This document shows positions 20,828 through 30,939 of a stretch of DNA of 64,000 nucleotides, in pieces. Source of the stretch: a virus. Below the pieces are notes generated by a model, which had not been told where the DNA came from, did no database searches, and saw nothing but the letters and a program-made list of their open reading frames with translations. Positions within the stretch are counted from its first letter, which is position 1. Each line of letters opens with the position of its first letter. The translations under genes and the position numbers were made by a program. The stretch covers positions 26,180 through 90,179 of IMG/VR virus record IMGVR_UViG_3300006045_000004; one strand, 5' to 3'.

Positions 20828-21425
20828 TAATTAATCATATTATTATATCTTTAAAGCTTTAAGCTTTTAAATTCATATTATTTATAACTAATAATTAATA
20901 CAAAGATTAATTATAAGCTATTTATTATTAAATACTTATTTTTATATAGTTTTAATTAATCTTGATAGATTTAATTTATTTTTATAGTTATTAAACTTTA
21001 AAATATACTCTAATAAACTTTTTATAACACTTTAATAACTTTTAAATTTAATTAATTAAGATTGTTTAATTATTTTAATCTTTTTAATTATAAGGATAAT
21101 CAATATACAAAGATTACAAGTTTAAATTTAATACTATGAATAAATTAAATACTTTAATAGCAATACATAACTAATAATAACAAAGATTACATTATTTTAT
21201 AGAATTTAAACTATTTTTAATACAATATAGATTATAGCGATAACAGTATCAAAGATTTAAAGAATATACATATATTTAAAGGTTTGAAAAGCTTTTAATA
21301 CTTCTTTAAATCTATTTTATTTATTTTTAAGATACTTAAAAAGTGAAATATCTTTTAATAGATTAGTAACTTTTTAAGCTTAAATATAAAAGTGAAATAT
21401 AGTAACTTTTATAAAAATTTAAAGA

Positions 21426-21451
21426 TTAAATAGCTTTTAAAAGCTATTTAA
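21426..21451. repeat. Perfect 26-bp palindrome TTAAATAGCTTTTAAAAGCTATTTAA
   Basis: Read directly; abuts the AAGGTG RBS of the 21464 gene. Confidence 0.95.
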
Positions 21452-21463
21452 AAAGGTGAAATA

Positions 21464-22579
21464 ATGTATAATAAAGAATTAAACATAGAAAAAGCAATTA
21501 AAAGTTGCTTTACAAGTCAAATAGAAGTTGAACAAGTAAACAAAGTAACAATAGTTACTTTAATAAATAAATCAGAAAAGAGGTTTAAAGATTTATTAGA
21601 GGTTATAGCTTATGATTTAAAAGTAAGCTTTACTTATAATGAGTATGATTACAAAGCTTTAATATATTAAAGGAGTTGTTTTAAGTGTTAAATAGAAATT
21701 ATACAGTATTTAAAAGAAATAATAAAGAATTAGTTGAAATTAAATTAAATCAAAGTGAAATTAAACTTTTAAATGAAATTGAAAGCTTTAAAAATCTTGA
21801 AAGCTTTGAACAAGATATAAATATATGTTTAAATAGGTTTTAAAGGTGTAATAATGTATATAAAAAGGAATGAATATAATAAAGTAAATAGTAAGAATTA
21901 TCAATATATGAAAGGATATAATCCTATATTTAATGATAAAGAACAGATGATAAGAACAATTATTTTAAGAGGTTCTAATCAAGTTATAAAAGAAGTTAAT
22001 GAAGAATTTTTAGAATTAAGAGTAACAGCTATTTAAATGGAGTTGAAAGAATGAAATCAATATTAAAAGATTTAAGAATAAAAAAAGAAGAGCTTAAAGC
22101 TCTTAAAGAGAAAAAAGAAATATTAGAAAACATTATAGAAAGTAATAAAGCTTTCTTTAAAACTTTTGAATTTAAAGAAAATAAAAAAGAAGTAACAGAG
22201 CTTAGAAAAGCTCAAAGGTTACTTAAAAATAAATTGTATAAGCTTAATGAAAAGCTTAACGGTTTAAAATCTGAAATATGGAGCTTAAATATGAGCTTAG
22301 AAGTTTCAAGGCAAAATAAATTAGTTAAATGTAATATAAAGGAAAAAAATGAGCTAAAAACTAATGGTTTATGTTTTGAAGAAATTATAGAGCTTGAACA
22401 TAATATCCAGGATATACCAGGATATAACTATTAAAGGAGCTTTGAATATGGCAAGGTATATAAACGGTGTTAAAATATCTAATACCGTTTATAGAAGCAA
22501 TAGGAGCTATGAAAAAAGAAATAAAAATAATAAGAATTATAAACGGTTTAAAAATGGAGTAACCGTTTATTATGATTAA
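21464..22579 (+). CDS. Small early-type ORFs (21464-21670, about 21685-21843, 21854-22036, 22051-22434, ORF ending 22579)
   Basis: Each has a GGAG or GGTG RBS. Confidence 0.55.
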
Positions 22580-22591
22580 AAGGTGATTTAA

Positions 22592-23422
22592 ATGGCATAT
22601 GACAAAGAAAAATGGAAAAAAGATAAAAAAGAACAAGTTAAAAGCTTAAAAGATAGCTTAAAAAAGCTATCAAATGAACTTATAACAGATACAGACAAAC
22701 TTAAAAAACTTGCTGAAAGTTGGAGCAATCAGCTATATAGTTATTCAGCTCAAAATTTATTTACAGCTAACTTTCAATTGATAGCCAACAAAGGTAGAAT
22801 GGTTTCTGCTCTTGGAAGTTATAAAAGGTGGAAAGATGAGGAAAGATATGTAAATAAAGGTGAAAAAGCATTACATATATTAGCACCAATATTTACAAAG
22901 ATTAAAGATAAAAACGGAGAAGAAGAAAAAGTAATTAGTTTCTTTAAAACTGTTCCAGTCTTTGATATCAGTCAGACCAATGGAAAAGCTTGTAAATATG
23001 TAAGTGAAACAAACAAACTTATAAGTGAAACTGAATTTAAATTTGAGGATTTAAAAGCTAATTGTAAATGTGAAGTTAAGCTTGAAAGTCTTTCTTATGG
23101 TGGTCATACTGATGGTGAAAGTATTACAGTTAATATTGACCATACAAATGAAGGAAAAATAGCTAATATGTTTCACGAATTAGCTCATTTAGAAAGTCAT
23201 TATACTAAGGAAGGAAAAGAATTAGATAGAAGGACAAAAGAGCTTGAAGCTGAGGCAGTCAGTTATTTACTTTGTGAATTAATAGGAATTGAAAATAAAA
23301 AGTCAGCAGTTTATATTAACAGTTGGAAAGGTGGAGCAAAAGAATTAGAAAAGTCAGGACAAAGAGTATTAAAAACAGCTGATAAAATAGCTAAATATGT
23401 ATTTAAAGGTATATTAAATTAA
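22592..23422 (+). CDS. ardC: ArdC-like ssDNA-binding domain plus zincin-like metallopeptidase domain
   Basis: YSAQN, SYKRWK..R.V.KGEKA..ILAP and PVFDISQT.G motifs, then HELAH...ELEAE. Confidence 0.8.
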   Translation: MAYDKEKWKKDKKEQVKSLKDSLKKLSNELITDTDKLKKLAESWSNQLYSYSAQNLFTANFQLIANKGRMVSALGSYKRWKDEERYVNKGEKALHILAPIFTKIKDKNGEEEKVISFFKTVPVFDISQTNGKACKYVSETNKLISETEFKFEDLKANCKCEVKLESLSYGGHTDGESITVNIDHTNEGKIANMFHELAHLESHYTKEGKELDRRTKELEAEAVSYLLCELIGIENKKSAVYINSWKGGAKELEKSGQRVLKTADKIAKYVFKGILN

Positions 23423-23437
23423 ATAAGGAGTGTTAAT

Positions 23438-26400
23438 ATGAATAATGAAAGAAAAATGGAATTAAGAGAAATGGCAATTGAAGAAATTGAAAATGGTAAA
23501 GAAATTGGAGGAGAAATATATCCAGTTTCTAAAAGTCAAGCTCTTGGAGGTTATAAAACAAGTGCTACACAAAGAATTAGATATGGTAAAAGACATATTG
23601 AAGAGCTTAGAGCTGAAAGAAAAGCTATTCTTGAAAATATTAAAAGTATTGAAGAGGAGCTTAAAGAGAAAAGAGAATTAGTTAAAGAGATTAATAAAAT
23701 TAGAAGAGAGCTTTAAAGCTTTCTTCAATTAAAGGAGTTGGAAAATATGACTATATGGAAAAACTTACATAAAACAAGTACAGCTGAAAACGGTGAAGAT
23801 GAAAGAATTATTACTTTAAATGGTGTTGAGATATGGAAAAGACCATTAAAAGTTGAAGGTAGTTTAACAATTACTTACAAACATAAAGGTGAAGTATTAT
23901 ATCAAGGTATTCATTTAGTAGAGTATAAATATAATCATAAAGATTTTGAAAGTGGTTGGAAACATAGATTACCTGTTGAAAGAAAGCTTACAAGCGAAGA
24001 AGAACAAATTAAAGATATGTTGTTAAGTTTGTATGATATGAGGTTAAGAAAAGTTTTTAATGAGTGTTTAAGAGAAGAAGGGATTTTATGATTAAAGGAT
24101 TAATTGAAGTGGTGTTAAGTGAAATAACACCATTAAAATTTTCTTTTGAGGATAAAGGAAATTGGAAAAAAGAATTAAGTAATTTAAATAAAAATTGTGA
24201 AAATATTGAAAAAGGTAGAATATTAAATAAGAGGTTATAAAATGTTAAAAGAAAGTAGATATTTTAAAAGATTTGAAGAGTTAAAATCTGAACAGCAAAA
24301 AGAACTTTTTAAAACAACAATAAAGATAGTTACAAGAAGTGAAAAAATTGTAGAGTTTAAAGCAGTTGAGATTAAAAAAGCAGTATTACAATTTTTAAAG
24401 AATGATTGTTATATTAATTATGAGGGTAATGAGCTTATATGTGGTAATGAACATATCGATGAAGAGATTCTTATCGACCACATACATACAGATTTAGTGT
24501 GGGAAAATTATGATTACTAAAAAAGTTAAAAATCAAAAGATTATTACAAGTAAAATTAAAAAGAATAATCAGTTTAAAAAAGCAAAAGTTAAAGATAGTT
24601 GTTATGGTTTTACTTACAGAAAAGATTATTACTTATAATTCTTTTTGTAATAAATTAGTTTATATAGTAGAACAAACTGATATATGAATAGGAGATAAAA
24701 TATGAATTTAAAAGAATACATAGAAAATGAAGTACCAGAAAATATGGAAGAGGCAGAAGAACAAAATACAATTGAAAATTGGTATCCTCAATATATGACC
24801 GATGAGGAATACAAGCAATATGTAAAAGAATACAATAAATTCTTAGAAGAAACTGAACCAGTCATAACCGATGAAGATTTGGAAAATATGTATAACGAAC
24901 ATTTAATAAATATGTATGGAGCGTAGATAAAATGTTATTCAATGTGGAAGGATATAAAAAAGATGAACCAGAAATTGAGACACAAGCTTTCTTTATAAAT
25001 GAAGAACAGCTAAAAGAATGGCAAAAAGAAAATGTATTAGTTAAATTAGCAGAATTATAAAGGAGTTGAATAATATGAGTTACAAAGACCAAGCAGACAG
25101 ATTAAAAAGATTAATAAAACAAGCAAAAGCCGATAATGACGGCGAATTAGCTATGGAGTATGAAAACGATTTAGCTATGTTAAGAAATAGCTATGAATAT
25201 GAAAACGGATTAAATACAAGCTATGAAGAGTTTTAAATACTCTTCATTAATATTTTAAAGGTGATAATATGAGTTTAGTAGAAATATTAAAAACAGAAAA
25301 CAAAACAAAATTAAAAGAAAGTCAGCCAACATATTTTATAAAATTAAATATTGTTGAAAGTCCATATTTTTTTAATAGCTATAAATTAGAAATAATTATT
25401 AAACAAGACCAGTACAATACAAGATATTTAATTAATAATGATATGAAAAGACCACATAACAACAATTACAAAATACTTAAAAGTGATTATTGTTTAAAAA
25501 ATCTTAAATGGTTACTTAAAAGAAATAATATATCCAGTAGTGGTTTTATTGATAATGACGGTTTATATTATAGGAGTTGTTAAAAAATGTATAAGTATGA
25601 AGATTTTAAAATGATTAGAATGACAGAAGAGTTATTTGAGTTTAATGGTTGTAGTGAATGTATGATGTGTGAAGATTGTCATAATCACGCATCTAAAAGA
25701 ACTATTTATTGTCCTGAGATTGATGAGGATAGGTATAAAAAGCCATATTTGTTTAAAGATGATAAGGAGTTGAATAATAAAATTTTGGATATGAATGGAT
25801 ATATTCCACCAAAAGATTATGAGTATGAGGAGGATTAAATTCCTTTATTACTTATATTCTTTTTTGTAATAAATACATTTAAATAATAGAACAAACTTAT
25901 ATATGAATAGGAGTTAAAAATATGATAACTGAAATAATTAAAGATTTAGAAAATATACAAAATATGAATGACATAACAGATGAAATATATGATAGCTTAA
26001 AAGAAGTTATTGAAAAATTAGATAATGTAAATAGTATTGATAGTGTTGTTAAAAGAAGTATTGGAACAGCTTGTGAAAACATTACTTTAAATTTTGAAGA
26101 TACTAATTTTATGAAAGGTTTTGATGTTAAAAAAGATATTAATTTATTTATAAAAGGTGTTAATGAATGTGGTATAGAAATGTATAATACAAATGAAAAT
26201 ATACAAAAAGCTGATTGTAAAGAGTTTTTAGAATTTAATAAAGAATGTATAATTAGAATTGATGATTGGCAGTTAAAAGAAAAAGGTTATAGTATGGTTG
26301 ACTTGTTTGAAAATAAAGAACAAGTTAAAAGTAATGATATTCAAGATACTGATAGTTTTGAATTAAGTTATTATGAGATTAAAGAAATAGCTGATATTGT

Positions 26401-29400
26401 AGGAGTTGAAGTATATGAGTGATGATAAAAAGCACGAACATTGTTTCGGTGATGATTGTATGCGACCAGAATGTTGGGGAGCAGACGAATGTTTTAAAGA
26501 TAGTATGAAAAGTTTGTTTTGGAGTGATTAAATATGAGTATAGATGTAAACTTTGTAGAAAATGTATATAACGAAGAACTTAAAAAGTGGATTGTTGGCG
26601 ATGTGTGGGAAATTCATTACAACACATTAAAAGAATTTAAAACAGATATAAAAGAAAGGTTAAGAAAAGAATTTAATAGAAAAGATGTAAGAGATATTGA
26701 GTTATCAACAGCTGAAAGAGGTTATCCTGAAAAATTAGTAAGTGAGATTAAAGATGATGATGTTTTAATGTTTAATGTTGAACACGGTACAAGAAAGTAT
26801 TATGTTTGGAATAATAAGCCGTATAAAAATATGTATAGAATTTGTAGTAAAATTATGAGAAAGTTGTAATACTCTTTCATTTTTTTGTAATAACAAAGTA
26901 TAAATAGTAGAACAATCTTATATATGAGTAGGAGTAAAAAATATGACACAAAAATATCCATATAAAAAGTTTGAAGAACATAAAGGTATTGATAAAAAAC
27001 TGATATTAGTAAATTTAAAAGATTATATAAAAAATAATCTATGTGTTGAAGATGAAATTTTTAATAGTGTGGTGGTTGATGTAGCAAGAAATTTTGAAGT
27101 ACAATCTACAAATGTAAAAGATTACAGTTGGAAATATGAAAATGTTTTATTAGATGAATATACTCTTAAATTAAATTGTGTAAGATATTGGATAGCTGTT
27201 GAAAGATTTGGAAATGCTTTAAGAAAGTTAAAAAGATTAGAAGTTATTAAAAAAGAAGTGATTAAAGATATTAAATTGTTAGATGAGGATAAAAACGAGA
27301 GAGAAGAATTTAAGCCATTGTTAAAAGAAGAGTTAGATTATGAAGAATTTTGTATAAACAATGAGATAATAGAATTAGAAATTAAAGTAGAACAAGAAAA
27401 TAAAAGAATAGACCATTATAGAAATATTTTAAGATATGGAGTGTGAAAATTATGATTAAAGTAGAATTAAATTCAATGTATGATAGTAGAAAAAGTTTTT
27501 ATAATAAAGCTTATATTGTAAAGTATGATGATATGAATGTAGAGGCATTAGAAAGTTACGGTACAGAAGTAGCTATTTTTAATACAAAAGAACGATATGT
27601 AAGTGTGAGAGAGTTACCTAAGCATTTATATAGTAATACTACAATTAGACATATTAGGGAATTTTTAAAACAAAATGGTTTTAATGCTGATATGACTAAA
27701 AAAGAATTATTAAAAGAATATGCTGGTGTGATTTTATGAATAAAATGAGTGGAGTTTGTTATAAGTGTATGAGTGATACAGATTTTAAGTTTGTTTCTAA
27801 TGAAATGCTTACTGATAGAGATGTGTTTGAGTGTGTTGTGTGTGGTGCTAAGTTTGAGGTGATTGAATATGAAAAATAGTAGAATTGTTATAGGTTTGAT
27901 TGTGTTTGTTGTAGTTATTTTGTTTATTAGTGTTGTTAGTATTGGTATTCATAATCAAAATAAGCCAACATTAAATAATGAACAAATGAGTAATCTTATG
28001 AAAAATGTAAATGATACCAAAGTACCTGAAATAAGTAAAAGTTATAGTTTAGATGATGTTAGAAGACAGTATAAAGATGGAAATATAACTTATGAGGAGT
28101 ATAAACACGCAATAGATTTGTATAATAAGAGGGTAAAGTTGAGTAATAAGTGATAGTATGATTGATAGAGATATAAAAGAAATTAAAAAACATTTAATTG
28201 AAAAAGCTAAAAAGAATGGTTTGTATGAAAATTTTGGTCAAGCTGAAATAAGATATTTAAGAGATAGATATGGTGAAGGTGGTAGTAATTTTGAAAATTT
28301 GGATAAGATTAATGTGTTTGATAATTGGTGTAATACTTATCAAGAATAAAGTAATAAATACATTTATATACTAAAACAAAAATATATATGAGTAGGAGTT
28401 GATAAATATGTATAAACTATATGAAATAATACAAAGAGCCGATGAAATAAAAGAAGTAAAAGAAGAAGAAGGATATCACTACGAAGAACACTACGAGCCA
28501 ACCGATGACATAAATACAATAAGATATGAATTTGTATGGGAAGAAAATGGAAAAGAAAAGATATTATTAAAAACTGAAAATCAAGAAGAAATGTATCAAG
28601 ATTTAAAAACAATATATCCACATTTTTATAAAGAAATAGTAAGAAGTGATTAAGTATGGAAAAAATAATATTAATAGATACAAACTGTGAAACACCAATA
28701 ATATTAGCACAAGGATACACAAATAAAACACAAGAAGAAATACAAGAAATAGCCAACAAAGTAAAAGAAGAATTTCCAAACAATGCTGAAATATGGTACG
28801 ACACAATAACAGACAGAGTATTTGAGTTACAACCTGAATATTTAAAAGAGATAGGAGTTGATGTATAAATGAAATATTTTTGTGAATTGTTAGAGAGAGA
28901 TACAGATAATTTTATTGAAGATGTTGAGTTTAATATTTGTATGAATAGAGATAGTTTTAATATAGACGAATACATTGAGCAAGTAGAAAGAAAATACAAA
29001 CAAAAAAATACAGATTTTGATATGATTATAACTGATAATAAAAAATATAAAAATACATTTATAAGTAAAATAGACAAAAGTCATTTTAAAAGTTTAATGT
29101 ATATGATAGATGTTGAAAATGTTGAACAAATAAGTTTAAGTATATTTATAAAATAGGAGTGATTAATTATGAACCAATATGGAATATTAAGTATAGAAGA
29201 TATAAGAGAAGAAATTGAAGGAACAGCTGATTTTAATAATAATGGTGAGGATATAATTGATTATGATTTTTATACTCACAAAGATGTAGTTATTGTTATG
29301 GAAAATGGAGCAGTAAATTTAAATAATATTAGTGGTATTAGTTTACATATGGAGGATATGAAAATTAAGTTTTATAGAGATGAAATACCAAATAAAGATA

Positions 29401-29699
29401 ATGGAATGTTAGTTTTAAGTATAAGTGTTTTGTTTTTCAAGCTATTCAAAATAGTTAATACTAAAACAACAATGAGTAATAAATAGATTTAAATACTAAA
29501 AGAAACATATAATAAAAATGGTGATAAAATGAATGAAAATGAAAGAATATTCAACAGATTAATAATTGGATTAGTAACAGAAGGTGAAATATCCACACAA
29601 ATAGAAACAAGCTTAGAATACACAGAAGAAGACTTAAACAAACAAATAAAACAAAACAGAAAAGACATAAAAAAAATATACAAAATACTAAAAAGGTGA
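23438..29699 (+). CDS. Dense array of more than 20 small, mostly acidic hypothetical ORFs, including a zinc ribbon at 27736-27879 and a TM protein near 27863-28153
   Basis: ORF track plus manual reading; strong RBSs; 27736 ORF has CYKC...CVVC. Confidence 0.6.
24647..24701 (+). promoter_or_regulatory. Repeated promoter-RBS cassette, copy 1
   Basis: GTAATAAA..GTTTATATAGTAGAACAAACTGATATATGAATAGGAG, preceded by a T-run. Confidence 0.8.
25866..25921 (+). promoter_or_regulatory. Repeated promoter-RBS cassette, copy 2
   Basis: GTAATAAATACATTTAAATAATAGAACAAACTTATATATGAATAGGAG. Confidence 0.8.
26887..26942 (+). promoter_or_regulatory. Repeated promoter-RBS cassette, copy 3
   Basis: GTAATAACAAAGTATAAATAGTAGAACAATCTTATATATGAGTAGGAG. 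Confidence 0.8.
28351..28407 (+). promoter_or_regulatory. Repeated promoter-RBS cassette, copy 4
   Basis: GTAATAAATACATTTATATACTAAAACAAAAATATATATGAGTAGGAG. Confidence 0.8.
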
Positions 29700-29705
29700 A
29701 TAAAA

Positions 29706-29963
29706 ATGGAAACCATAACAATAAACAACAAAGAAAGAGCAATAAAAAGTGTAAACATACCTGACAATGAAATAAAAAACATAGAAATAATTGTAGAAAT
29801 AAAAAACTATGAAGTAACATACAACACAAATGAAGGATTTAAATGTAACTGTCCAGACCATACATACAGACATACACAATGTAAACACATACTAAAAGTA
29901 ATACCATACATAAACAAACAACTAAAAAAAGCATACATAACAGCACTACAACAAAAAGAATAA
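29706..29963 (+). CDS. SWIM zinc-finger protein
   Basis: YEV...FKCNCPD......CKHI motif. Confidence 0.8.
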   Translation: METITINNKERAIKSVNIPDNEIKNIEIIVEIKNYEVTYNTNEGFKCNCPDHTYRHTQCKHILKVIPYINKQLKKAYITALQQKE

Positions 29964-30068
29964 ACCACAACACCACAAAACACTAAAAAAGACCAAATAA
30001 AGCTTAGCACAAAAAGTGAAATAATAAATGTTAGAATAGTTAAAAAAAGAATAAATTGGAGTTTAAAT

Positions 30069-30936
30069 ATGATTAAAAATAAAAATGAATTAAAAAGCTT
30101 TTATAATACTGTAACCACCACAAAAGCCACCAAATGCTATTATAATGATAGATTAGATACTTATGGTAGAGGATGTGCCTATAACTGTGAGTATTGCTAT
30201 GCTAAAAGCCAATTAGAGTTTAGAAATAGAAAAGATGATAGTTTTAAAATGTGGGATAGCAATAACCCTGCCATAGCTAATATTGATAGAATTAAAAGAA
30301 AAATAAAAACATTAAAACCTTTATCTGTTGTAAGAATGGGTGGTATGACTGATTGTTTTCAACCAAAGGAATTAAAACACAGAGTAAGCTTAGAAACAAT
30401 TAAAGCTTTAAATGAACAGAAAATACACCACATTATAGTAACTAAAAGTGATATAATAGGAAGACCTGAATATGTTGAAGAATTAAGTAAATACAGTCAT
30501 ATACAAGTTAGTTTAAGTCATACAAGTGATTATGTATTAAGTAAATTTGAAAAAGCTCCAAAGTTCCAAAGTAGAATAAACACAATTGAAACATTATATC
30601 AAAATGGATTAGATGTAAGTCTTAGATTAAGTCCTATAATTGTTAATGGATTTGATTTTAATACTATAAATAAAACTGATGTTGATAAATGTTTAATTGA
30701 GTTTTTAAGATACCAACCTAAAATGGAAAATGGATTAAAAGAATTTATTGATACAAATAAATATACAATAAAAGCCAATAATTATAGACATATAACATTA
30801 GAAAATAAATTAAAAGTATTGGATATGTTGAAGTTCAAAGAAATATCTGTATGTGATAGTGTTAAAGAGCATTATGACTATTTTCCATGAAAATGTAAAT
30901 CATAACCCTACTGATTGTTGTAATTTAAGTTTATAA
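30069..30936 (+). CDS. Radical SAM protein (spore photoproduct lyase-like) with an apparent single-base frameshift near the C-terminus
   Basis: CAYNCEYC motif, RMGGMTDCFQP, TKSD, LRLSP; the frame stops at 30890 but removing one T continues it to 30936. Confidence 0.75.
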
Positions 30937-30939
30937 GAG

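Noticed and set aside
22408-22427. CCAGGATATA tandem duplication
   Set aside because: Two 10-bp copies at a gene end; compatible with chance or slippage
28364-29077. 237-aa minus-strand ORF, and similar antisense ORFs at 29489-30010
   Set aside because: They lie opposite plus-strand genes with RBSs; the AC-rich skew removes stop codons on the reverse strand
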